NCBI GenBank assembly: GCA_964016885.1
Contig: OZ024745.1
Coordinates: forward strand, 81,530,001 to 81,594,000
Direction of reading: 5' to 3'
DNA length: 64,000 nucleotides
Source: Eledone cirrhosa
Lineage: Eukaryota
Every line of letters begins with the position of its first letter. Positions within the stretch are counted from its first letter, which is position 1. Below the pieces are notes generated by a model, which saw only the letters and a program-made list of their open reading frames with translations, was not told the origin of the DNA and searched no databases. The translations under genes were made by a program, and so were the position numbers. Below, piece by piece: positions 27,333-38,689 of this stretch.

Positions 27333-29242
27333 ATATTTCGTTTCTGAATTTGTTTAGCAAGATTCTTTATCTGAAATCGTGTGTTGAATCCGATATTGTT
27401 ATACTTTGGGAGGGTCATGTTGCCAATAAGAAACACACGCACCAGTTGCTTTCACTTCAATTTATTATAATAAATTTATAAATTTATAAATTTCTGGTTG
27501 GTTGGTTGGTTCCACAACCAGATAGTCGTTTATATATTGTCATAGTTCTTTCGTCACACACTCTGTGACCTCTTCAGTGACTGGAGATTCCTTTCTTTGT
27601 TTCTGTGCCTCTCCTTTGTTCTGTCCTACGCCATTTTGTTTCTGTGTGTGTGTTGTGTGCTCAGTCTGCGCATGCGCCACATCCGGGTGTCTGTGTGTGT
27701 TTATGTTCATTTATTTATTTGTTTATTTACATGTTACTGGTTGGTTGTTTGTTCTATGTGTGTGTGTGTTTTCATTTTGTCCTTAATTTTAAGTTGTGAT
27801 GTTGCTGTTCCACTCATATTTTCTATTTAATTTTGGTTGTAATTCTTTTATGTTTATTGCCTCTGTAATTTCTCTAAACATTGCGTCTTTTCTGTGTGTA
27901 GAATCTATTTTTATTTCTATGTTCTCTAATTTACCCTTGTGTTCTATTTTAGCATGTTGGTAGAGTACAGATGATTCTTTACTATCTTGAAGGTCTCGCC
28001 AGTGTTCATTTATCCGTTCTCCTACACTACGAGCTGTCTCACCTATGTACACTATATTTTTGTCTCTACATTGTCCTTCAGTACATCTTATGCTATACAC
28101 TACATTTCTAGTTTTGCAGTTAATATGGGGGCTTATTTTACAGGTTATACATTTCTTATCTATACATGAGGGTCTTTGAAAAGGGTATGTCTTGCTAATG
28201 AATGTTTTTACGGAGGTACCTGGTCTTTCTACTATCTTAATATTGAGTTTATGTTTGTTTAGGGCCCTTCTAAATTTGTAAGCTAATTCCCCTCTAAGGG
28301 TTGTATCGATGAACATTACACTCTGGTATTTATTGCTATCATACCATGAGTTTATTCTATTAGCCTTGTTCCTAGTTCTTTCTATTCTATTCCTAAATTT
28401 GCTCCTATACAAGGGGCAGGTCCCATTTATCTCATTATTTACCATTTTTTCCCATTTGGTTCTGGCTCCTCTATACACTCTGATTTTATCTCTCTGATTG
28501 TAGCCAGAGAACTGCATACGGTGGATGAAGTGTTGTATGTGTCTCTCTAGTTCTTCGGGGTTGCACATGCGGGACACGTTTCTCATCACCCGTACCAAAT
28601 CCGCAATCAGTATGTTGATTTTGGTATGGTCCGAAACGGCCGAGTTTCGGTGGATCAGATGTTTGGAAGTCATGGGTTTGGCATAATGGGAATGGAGGAT
28701 TTGTTTTTTGTTGTTAATGGTATCTAACCAGAGCTCTGTGTCTAGTACAGGTAATCGATGGTTGGGGTGTTTACTTGGGTAGTCTATAGTAACTCTAATG
28801 CTCTGGTGGATGGAGTTTGCTATTTGCTGGATGCTTTCCATTGTGTTTTTCTCTAGTTCCTGACTGTTCTCTAGAGGGGGGTGTCTTAACTACGATGTTT
28901 ATATCATCAACGTAGCGGGAGTACATTATCAGGCTTAAGGGGGCTTCTAATTGTTCTTTAAGTTTAAGTTTAAGTTTAAATCTACTGTCCCACCATACCA
29001 TGAATAAGTTAGCTATGTCGCCTGCAATGCTAACACCAATGGCTGCTCCTTCCTCTTGGCCATATGTTTTTCCATTAAATTTGAACATATGTTCCTTAAG
29101 GGTTAGTTTTATGCTGGCCCCTACCGCATGTGCAATCATTTTCTTCAGTTCATCGTGGTTTTCGGGTGTCCGTATGGCTCTGGTCCACCCGTTCCATCTA
29201 TCTGTGTGGGTTTTCTTGGCCATTGAGGTAATGGTAGGTGGT
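27333..29242 (-). mobile_element. Inverted arm of Neptune/Nematis-type PLE (RT C-terminal half, GIY-YIG, pLTR)
   Basis: Reverse complement of 31816-33645 plus the pLTR extension. Has an intact YVDD and a complete GIY-YIG reading frame (27789-28841). Confidence 0.92.
27539..27581 (-). ncRNA. Hammerhead motif in inverted pLTR
   Basis: Reverse complement of 29397-29439. Confidence 0.7.
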
Positions 29243-29396
29243 AACATGTAAATAAACAAATAAATAAATGAACATAAACACACACAGACACCCGGATGTG
29301 GCGCATGCGCAGACTGAGCTCACAACACACACACAGAAACAAAATGGCGTAGGACAGAACAAAGGAGAGGCACAGAAACAAAGAAAGGAATCCCCA

Positions 29397-29439
29397 GTCA
29401 CTGAAGAGGTCACAGAGTGTGTGACGAAAGAACTATGAC
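29397..29439 (+). ncRNA. Hammerhead motif in 5' pLTR
   Basis: gtca-CUGAAGA-g-GUCACA(gag)UGUGAC-GAAAG-aa-CUA-tgac. Canonical core, CUA triplet, 2-bp stem III. Confidence 0.72.
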
Positions 29440-29559
29440 AATATATAAACGACTATCTGGTTGTGGAACCAACCAACCAACCAGAAATTTATAAATTTAT
29501 AAATTTATTATAATAAATTGAAGTGAAAGCAACTGGTGCGTGTGTTTCTTATTGGCAAC

Positions 29560-32500
29560 ATGACCCTCCCAAAGTATAACAATATCGGTTTCAACACACG
29601 ATTTCAGATAAAGAATCTTGCTAAACAAATTCAGAAACGAAATATCGTAAGCCTTAGCCAGGCTAACAAGATACTGAAAACCACCATGTTCTGTTGTCTA
29701 CGAAAAACCATAACATCTCGACAACTACACTTCATAAAAGAATGTGCCTCGTCCCGAGTTTACACCAACACCATCAACACCGACGTAAGAAGATTACAAC
29801 TCACCAAAAAAAAGCAGATAGGCTAAAACGAACACTAATTCTAAACATAAAAAAGAAGATCTATAGAGAATTAAGTCATCAAGAAAAACATAAGCGTAAC
29901 CTAATACAAGAAATAGCTAGGATCACCACACCAAGAGAGAAACTAATATTTATAAGCCTTATACATCCTGAAGAACAGTACATTACTCAAGAATGTGATA
30001 AGCACTTTAACAAGAAACTAAAGTGGCTTAAGCAGATAAGGCTAAATCAGGATACTATAGAGAATACCAACAGATATCCCGACAAAATTGACGGTATAAA
30101 TATGGCCGACACCTCATTAACAGATGAGTTCAACAACAACAACAACACGAATATATACGGCAACACAAGAATAGACGACGATGAGATATCTGTGTTATGT
30201 TTACCCTCGAAATTTGTGACATTCAAGAAGGTAAATATGATTAGTTGTCTGTCAGAAATAGAAAAATCATTTACAAAACTACGCTGGAGCCCCAAAAACA
30301 AAAACAAAAACAAAAGCAACAATATACGCACACACATATACAACACACATCCCAACAACAACAGACACAAAGACACAAACAACAATAACAACACACACAC
30401 CAACAACAACAACAATAACAATATACCCAGAAACAACAACAACAGACACGCAGACACAAACAACAATAACAACACACACAACAGTAATAACACACACGGA
30501 GACAACAACAACACACATCAACAACAGCACACATCAACAACAACAACACACACGCATTCAATGCCTCTCACCACCACCACAATCTTAACAAACACACAGA
30601 CACAGAAAACAAGTAATGACAGTAGCACAGAAATCACAGAAATAAGGGAAAGTAATAGGATTATAAGGAGAAGGGAGACTAAGGACAAAGAAAATAACCA
30701 AGACGAACACACAGACACACAAAATAGGGTAGATAACAACAATGAGCCAGTGGAAAGAGACAGGAGTAATTATGAGAGACAGAAACAACCATGAGGCTGT
30801 TGGTGGAAATAGAAATAGAAACAACACAACTAACAATAACAATAGCACTAGTACACATAAAGCAGCAGCCTGGAACTCTACTTTCTATAATCCCTCGGAT
30901 AAATCGTTCGACCTGCGACGAGTCCACGCCACGACTTTACCATTTAACAAACGCACGCAATTGCCGTCGCAGGTCGATGAACAAACAGAAGCACAATTTA
31001 GTATAGCTAGATCCGAACTTAGATATATTATAGAACAGTATAGCAAGAAGCATAATAGAATGGAGGCCCAGCAACTGGGAGAAAAATCTGCAAATGGCTT
31101 GCGTAAGCTCATGCAGCGCTCGCGTAATGGAGAGATAGCATGCTTTCCAACAGACAAGTCTGGCAGAATGTCGGTTGACAGCCTGCCAAACTACATCCAG
31201 GCAATGCAACCCACATCACTAACACAAGAGAGGTAACACCACAGGAGCATGAGGATAGAGAAAAAGCCCTCAATGCCCATATTGGACGAATATAATGCCC
31301 ATGTGGACGAATATAATGCAGCCCAACAAAAGTACTGCCAACAACTTCCCAGCCTGGAACAATGACGTGCCGGCGCTGTATGGGCTTCGAAAAGACCATA
31401 AAACGGGCAGTGACCCTGTCACGGGATCACCAACACGGCCAGTCTGTGGAGCTAACATTGCTAGTAACTACAGACTGTCCTACTTCCTCTCCCTGATCAT
31501 ACGCCCCATCATTGAAATGTCCCCAGATGTATGTGACAGCACGGAGGACCTCCTCAGCAGAATCGGCGTGAGTAACCGATCTAGGGACCTAACAAACTGC
31601 ATAATAGGTAGTATGGATGTTGTGTCCCTGTATCCATCTATTGACGTGGATTTTGCTGTGGAGAAATGCGTAGAAATGATCAGTGAGAGCAATGTTGAGT
31701 TCCGTGGGATTGATACCAGTGAGCTGGGACTCCTACTTAAATTTAACTATAGTAATAATTACCTAGACACATATGACCTTAGCAACCTGTGCCCTACAAG
31801 ACTAGCAAGAGGCAGACCACCTACCATTACCTCAATGGCCAAGAAAACCCACACAGATAGATGGAACGGGTGGACCAGAGCCATACGGACACCCGAAAAC
31901 CACGATGAACTGAAGAAAATGATTGCACATGCGGTAGGGGCCAGCATAAAACTAACCCTTAAGGAACATATGTTCAAATTTAATGGAAAAACATATGCCC
32001 AAGAGGAAGGAGCAGCCATTGGTGTTAGCATTGCAGGCGACATAGCTAACTTATTCATGGTATGGTGGGACAGTAGACTTAAACTTAAACTTAAAGAACA
32101 ATTAGAAGAGAGCTTAACCCTGATAATGTACTCCTGCTACGTAGATTATATAAACATCGTAGTTAAGACACCCCCACTAGAGAACAGTCAGGAACTAGAG
32201 AAAAACACAATGGAAAGCATCCAGCAAATAGCAAACTCCATCCACCAGAGCATTAGAGTTACTATAGACTACCCAAGTAGACACCCCAACCATCGATTAC
32301 CTGTACTAGACACAGAGCTCTGGTTAGATACCATTAACAACAAAAAACAAATCCTCCATTCCCATTATGCCAAACCCATGACTTCCAAACATCTGATCCA
32401 CCGAAACTCGGCCGTTTTGGACCATACCAAAATCAACATACTGATTGCGGATTTGGTACGGGTGATGAGAAACGTGTCCCGCATGTGCAACCCCGAAGAA

Positions 32501-33268
32501 CTAGAGAGACACATACAACACTTCATCCACCGTATGCAGTTCTCTGGCTACAATCAGAGAGATAAAATCAGAGTGTATAGAGGAGCCAGAACCAAATGGG
32601 AAAAAATGGTAAATAATGAGATAAATGGGACCTGCCCCTTGTATAGGAGCAAATTTAGGAATAGAATAGAAAGAACTAGGAACAAGGTTAATAGAATAAA
32701 CTCATGGTATGATAGCAATAAATACCAGAGTGTAATGTTCATCGATACAACCCCTAGAGGGGAATTAGCTTACAAATTTAGAAGGGACCTAAACAAACAT
32801 AAACTCAATATTAAGATAGTAGAAAGACCAGGTACCTCCGTAAAAACACTCATTAGCAAGACATGCCCTTTTCAAAGACCCTCATGTATAGATAAGAAAT
32901 GTATAACCTGTAAAATAAGCCCCCATATTAACTGCAAAACTAGAAATGTAGTGTATAGCATAAGATGTACTGAAGGACAATGTAGAGACAAAAATATAGT
33001 GTACATAGGTGAGACAGCTCGTAGTGTAGGAGAACGGATAAATGAACACTGGCGAGACCTTCAAGATAGTAAAGAATCATCTGTACTCTACTAACATGCT
33101 AAAATAGAACACAAGGGTAAATTAGAGAACATAGAAATAAAAATAGAATCTACACACAGAAAAGACGCAATGTTTAAAGAAATTACAGAGGCAATAAACA
33201 TAAAAGAATTACAACCAAAATTAAATAGAAAATATGAGTGGAACAGCAACATCACAACTTACAATTAA
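29560..33268 (+). pseudogene. PLE polyprotein (N-terminal domain, Asn/Thr-rich insert, RT, Zn-finger linker, GIY-YIG); frameshifts, YVDD>YVDY, stop at 33092-33094
   Basis: LCLPSKF, FPTDKSGRM, LYGLRKDHK, PTRPVCG, GSMDVVSLYPSI, QEEGAAIG, LPVLD, CIDKKCITC...CKTRNVVYSIRC...VYIGETARSVGERINEH. Confidence 0.9.
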
Positions 33269-33458
33269 GGACAAAATGAAAACACACACAGACATAGAAC
33301 AAACAACCAACCAGTAACATGTAAATAAACAAATAAATAAATGAACATAAACACACACAGACACCCGGATGTGGCGCATGCGCAGACTGAGCACACAGAA
33401 ACAAAATGGCGTAGGACAGAACAAAGGAGAGGCACAGAAACAAAGAAAGGAATCCCCA

Positions 33459-33501
33459 GTCACTGAAGAGGTCACAGAGTGTGTGACGAAAGAACTATGA
33501 C
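33459..33501 (+). ncRNA. Hammerhead motif in 3' pLTR
   Basis: Same sequence as 29397-29439. Confidence 0.72.
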
Positions 33502-33639
33502 AATATATAAACAACTATCTGGTTGTGGGACCAACCAACCAACCAGAAATTTATAAATTTATAAATTTATTATAATAAATTGAAGTGAAAGCATCTGGTG
33601 CGTGTGTTTCTTATTGGCAACATGACCCTCCCAAAGTAT

Positions 33640-33680
<41 letters not shown>

Positions 33681-33688
<8 letters not shown>

Positions 33689-34068
33689 AGTATGGTCATG
33701 TTGCCAATATTGAATATTGCCAATAGAAAAAAATAAAAAAAAATAAAAAAACACACGCACCATATAATTTTCACTTTATCTTTATTGTTCGTTATTCATT
33801 GGTTTATCAAAGTTTTTTCGTCACACATGGAGTAGAAGTTTAAGACCAGGGATACACAAAACAGATAATCATTGGGGAAGTCACAGAATGTGTGACGAAA
33901 GAACTTTGATAAATAAATGAATAATGAACAATAAATATAAAGTGAAAATTATTTGATGTGTGTGTCTTTTTTGGCAATATTGGCAATATCACCATCCCCA
34001 AATATAACAATATCGGTTTCTAGACACGATTTCACATCAAGAATCTTGCAGAATTAATACATAAACGT
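33681..34068. mobile_element. Older inverted-pLTR remnant of a related PLE subfamily
   Basis: 33681-33828 is an imperfect inverted copy of 33888-34005. The right part aligns to 29410-29640 (gtcacag..tgtgacgaaagaact; caatatcggtttc..cacgatttca..aagaatcttgc). Confidence 0.75.
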
Positions 34069-34168
34069 ATATAGACAAGTTCTATGCTCCATGACGTCTT
34101 TATATCCTAATAACTGGCTATTTAGTTTGACAAAATGTGTTTGCGACCTACTTTAGATTCTTAACTGA

Positions 34169-34418
34169 AAATGCTTCTCTTATATCTGGTCATGGCAGCA
34201 ATGCTTCTCTTATATCTGGTCATATCTTATATCTGGTCATATCTTATATCTGGTCATTGCAGCAATGCTTCTCTTATATCTGGTCATGGCAGCAATGCTT
34301 CTCTTATATCTGGTCATATCTTATATCTGGTCATGGCAGCAATGCTTCTCTTATATCTGGTCATATCTTATATCTGGTCATGGCAGCAATGCTTCTCTTA
34401 TATCTGGTCATGGCAGCA
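34169..34418 (+). repeat. Minisatellite of 30-bp (aatgcttctcttatatctggtcatggcagc) and ~17-bp subunits
   Basis: Directly visible; runs into an RTE-like C-terminal fragment. Confidence 0.85.
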
Positions 34419-34632
34419 AGATCTGCATTTAGATCTTTCGACACCCTGTGGAAAGACTGCGCTCTCAATATGAGCATCAAGCTGAAGCTTCTGAAGACTA
34501 GTTTGTTCGGTGGCACTGTTTGGCTGCAAAACTGGCACACTAAAAACCACCGATGTTAACAAACTGATGTTTGAGAAAACGTGTTATAGACAGGCACTGC
34601 TCATCAGCTTGAAGGACCAGAAAACTAACGAG
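34400..34632 (+). pseudogene. LINE (RTE-like) RT C-terminal fragment
   Basis: MAARSAFRSFDTLWKD..LNMSIKLKLLKT, LFGC.NW, FE..CYR..L.IS.KD.KTNE. Confidence 0.55.
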
Positions 34633-35593
34633 TATGTGTGTGTATGTATGTGAGTGTGTGCGTGAGAGAGAGTTTGTGTATGAGTGTGTGGGTGTGTAGG
34701 TGTGAATATGTGTGAATGTGTTGGTGTGAATGTGTGTGCACGTGTGCGAGTGTGTGAGTGTGTATATGTATGTTTGCGTGCGTATATGAGTGTATGAGTT
34801 ACGATTCCGTTTTTTTTCCCACGTAAGTGTAAAGATACTTTGCGTAAACGGTTTGTTTTAGCTTCATTTCATTTGTGTGTACGAGTGTATGTGTGTGTTT
34901 ATGTGTATGTGTGTGTGTATGTGTGTGTATGTGTGTGTATGTATGTATGTGGGTATGCATGTGTGTATGTATGTGTGTGTTTATATGTGTATGTATGTAT
35001 TATGTATGTGTATGGGTTTGTGTATGTACGTATGTGTGTATGTATGTGTGTGTTTGTGTATGTATGTATGTGTATGTATGTATAAATGTATGTATGTGTG
35101 TATGTATGTATGTATATATGCATGTGTGTGTGTATATGTATGTGTGTGTTTGTGTATGTATGTGTGTGTGTATATATATGTGTATGTACGTGTACTGAAG
35201 AAACAAACTTGTTATTCAACCAAGCAAACACTTTTGAGATGTGACTAAAAACAACATGAGAAAAGGTGATTAGAAAGAAACACTAAAACAAAAGAGAAGA
35301 GAAAAGAAAAGAAGAAAAAGAAATGAAAAAAATAAAGTAAGTGTTAAAATAAAAGAAAATATAGAAAAAAAAACTATCAATCCTAACCTTGGAAAATGAA
35401 ATAAGTAAAAGAAAGCAGCAGTGAAAGGAGAGTCTAGCCAGTCAAACCGACGTCATTCCAGATGCCTTCCCATCTATACTCTATTTCATACTGTTTGTCT
35501 TTTTTTCTGCTCGCCTGGTTCAGGAGAAGTTATATACTGCACAACCTACTTCAGGCTGGGAAATTCAACATTTTCAGCTATGTTTAAAGAGTG

Positions 35594-35626
35594 ATGATAG
35601 AAATGACGATGGTGGTGATCATTGTA

Positions 35627-35663
<37 letters not shown>

Positions 35664-35765
35664 CGATGACGATGATGGTGTTGATGTTGATGATGATCAT
35701 GATGACGATGACGACGATTATGTTGGTGATGATGATGATGGTGATGACGATGACGACGATGATGT

Positions 35766-35796
<31 letters not shown>

Positions 35797-35872
35797 GATG
35801 TTGATGATGACGACGACGATGATGATGAAGAGGAGGAAGAGGAGGAGGAGGAGGAGGAGGAGGAGGAGGAGG
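35594..35872 (+). repeat. (GAT/GAC)n followed by (GAG)n trinucleotide array
   Basis: Directly visible. Confidence 0.95.
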
Positions 35873-36690
35873 AAATCTCTTCCAATCCACTTCTCGATAT
35901 CAATAAACATCAATCTCTCCCCCTTTCTATATCTAATATACAACACAGTCTCTCAACCCCCTCTCTATATCTACCATGCAACACTCCCTCTCATTCCCTA
36001 TCACTCTGTCCATCACTATCCAACTCTCCTCCTCTCTATATTTATCAATACCTATCTCTATCAATCCTCTCACTCTATTCATTACCACCAAACTCTCCCC
36101 CTCTCTACATCAAGGATACAACAATCTCTCCCAATTTCCCCTCTATATTAATTAGCACCAAACTCTTCCCCTCTCTATATCTACTACACAGAACTCTCTT
36201 CAAATCCCCCTCTTTATATCAATTAACATCAACCTCTCACCCTCTATGTATCTACTACATGGTGCTCTCTTGCCTCCCCCTTCTGTATATCAAATAGCAC
36301 AAAACTTTCACCCTCTCTATATCTACTACACGAAACTCTCTCTCAATCCCCCTCTCTATATCAATAAACATCAATCTCTCCCCTTCTCTATATCTACCAT
36401 ACAAAACACTCTCTCAACCCCCTCACTATATCACTTATTACCAAACTATCCCCCTCTCTATATCTATCAATACATATCACTATCAATCCTTTCACTCTGT
36501 TCATTACCACGAAACTCCCCCTCCCCTTCTCTACATCAACCATACACCACTCTCTCAATCCTCCTCTATATCAATTAACACCAAACTCTCCCACTCTCTA
36601 TATCTACTACATGGAACTCTCTTCCAATCTCCCTCTCTATATCTGCTACACGGAACTCTCTTCCAATACCCCTCTCTATATCAATTACCA
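35873..36690 (+). repeat. Degenerate ~31-33-bp minisatellite (ctctcccc..ctctctatatc..acacaaa); resumes at 42342-42620, with an inverted copy at 52040-52250
   Basis: Periodic ctctctatatc(t/a)a motif. Confidence 0.8.
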
Positions 36691-36986
36691 CTTGAGATAG
36701 ATGTGAATTACTTCGCTCCGGATTTTTACGGATTATTGTCAAAAAAACTGTGAGTTCATTGCTCAATTTAATAGCATTGTTTAGTTAACCCCTTGCCTGG
36801 GCCTTCAGACGTTGAGTCAACTAATTTTCGCCCCTTTCTGGGGCGAAATTTTCATTTTCATCTCAAAACTGTGTAGACTTCGTGCGTGCCACGCCCACTA
36901 AGAAAAGTGGTGGGGGGAAAGTAGGAGTACAAAGCTTGCAGCCTTCCCCCCTCGCATTATCGAAAAACATTGAAAATATTGAAACC

Positions 36987-37915
36987 ATGAAACCAAACCC
37001 GGTAAATAATACCAGCACCAACAACAAGAATAATGACAATAACACCACAACCAACAACTGCAACAATAGCAACACCAAGGAAAACATGAACAATATTACC
37101 AACAGTGACAACAACAGCAGCAACAAAAAAGACAACAACACCAAAACAACATTCGCACAGACTGTAAAAAAAAAACGAACTATACACGCCAATAGACATA
37201 ACAAATGCTAAACAACTACTACAGGCCGCAAAACAATTCGTGACTTTTGGCGAAAACGGTGCTTTTAGCATCAATTCTCCACAGGAATTACGTAGAGAGA
37301 GGCTATCCTGAAAACTGTGGTTTTCAGGACAATATCGAACGAAACAAGAAAACCAGCTCAATTATCACAAAATGAAATTGAGCTGGTTCTAAAAGATGCA
37401 ATGAAGGACTTAACCTTCATACAAAAAGGTAAACTGTTTGGTAGCATTTCGGTGCTAATGAACAACCAGTCAACAGCACAAAATTACTCGGTATCACCCA
37501 TTGTGTCCCCCCGCTTCACCTTTTTACCCACATACAGGGGGAAAAGGACACAAAGAATAAAAATAATGAGTATCACACCAAATGTAAATATTTGGTGGAT
37601 ACTATGTGGAATCATTGACTTTGATGAAGACAAGATAATTTCAATAGGAAAGTCCTCCGGAGGTGTATTTGGTGGGACCAGCGTAGAAGTTCTGGTGCAA
37701 ATGAGCCCAGAACGAATCGCGAATATCCCACAACGCGTGCCTCTGGACGGGATAACTTAACTAAACATTTCAGTGGGGGGGGAAGGCGGCCGTCATGTTA
37801 CCACTGCTTAAGCAGGGGTCACCTGAGGGCTGCCTGTCCTCAATTAACGAGTAAAAAAAAAGGCTCTTTTGCCAACCCCGAACACAACAACACAACCACC
37901 ACCACCACCACCACC

Positions 37916-37982
<67 letters not shown>

Positions 37983-38600
37983 CCACAACAACACGGAAAA
38001 ATAACAACACAAAGCACTGTTCCACCCAGCCCCTCCCCACCTAAAACAAATACAAAAGCAACCACAACAAAACCCCAAAATATACCCCTCCCCAACAATA
38101 CGGAAGAGGACTCCGTATCAACGTCACCCAGTGACGACGAGGAAGAACCCTTTCAACAGGTGAAAAGGAAAAAAAAGTCACCACATTAACAAAAATGCTA
38201 CAAACACACAACCACCAGCACAAACGGAACAAACATCACAAACAAAAAACCCACCCCTCCACGAAACATAACACATGCTACAAAACGCAAACACGCACAA
38301 GAACAACAAACAAAAACAAACACAACACAACAAAAACTCTATACATACCTTAACAAGAACAATAAAGCTTTGATGAAAACAATAGAAAATAACCCTTCGG
38401 TGGAAACCGAAGGGATCACTTTCACCTACGCAGCGAACAAACCGCACCTAATGATGATTAGGGTCCCAACGGAAACCTATGTAACTTTGAAAAAGAACCA
38501 TCCAATGCATGTGGGGACCAACTGCACCAAACCACTTAACCACGTCCTATTGAGATGTTTCCTCACCCCCACACCAGACACCCACACCCCACCAAACACC
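36987..38600 (+). pseudogene. Tx1-like ORF1 (Asn-rich N-terminus, CCHC knuckle, poly-Pro/poly-Gln), frameshifted
   Basis: TFAQTVKK, FLPTYRGKRTQRIKI, CYHCLSRGHLRAAC (C-x2-C-x4-H-x4-C) at ~37796-37840. Confidence 0.7.
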
Positions 38601-38689
38601 CTAATCCCACCACACACTGATGTCCTCACCCCACCACAACCCTTCCAACACCCCCATGGAAATTGTGCAGCCTGGTCACCAACATGACC

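Larger units (their letters stand above)
29241..33645 (+). mobile_element. Near-full-length Neptune/Nematis-type PLE bounded by direct pseudo-LTRs (29241-29645 and 33314-33645)
   Basis: Direct repeats containing an HHR flank a single long ORF; the element ends in (TA)n. Confidence 0.92.

Noticed and set aside
34169-34418. CRISPR-like repeat array
   Set aside because: The units are contiguous with no unique spacers, there are no cas genes, and the context is eukaryotic.
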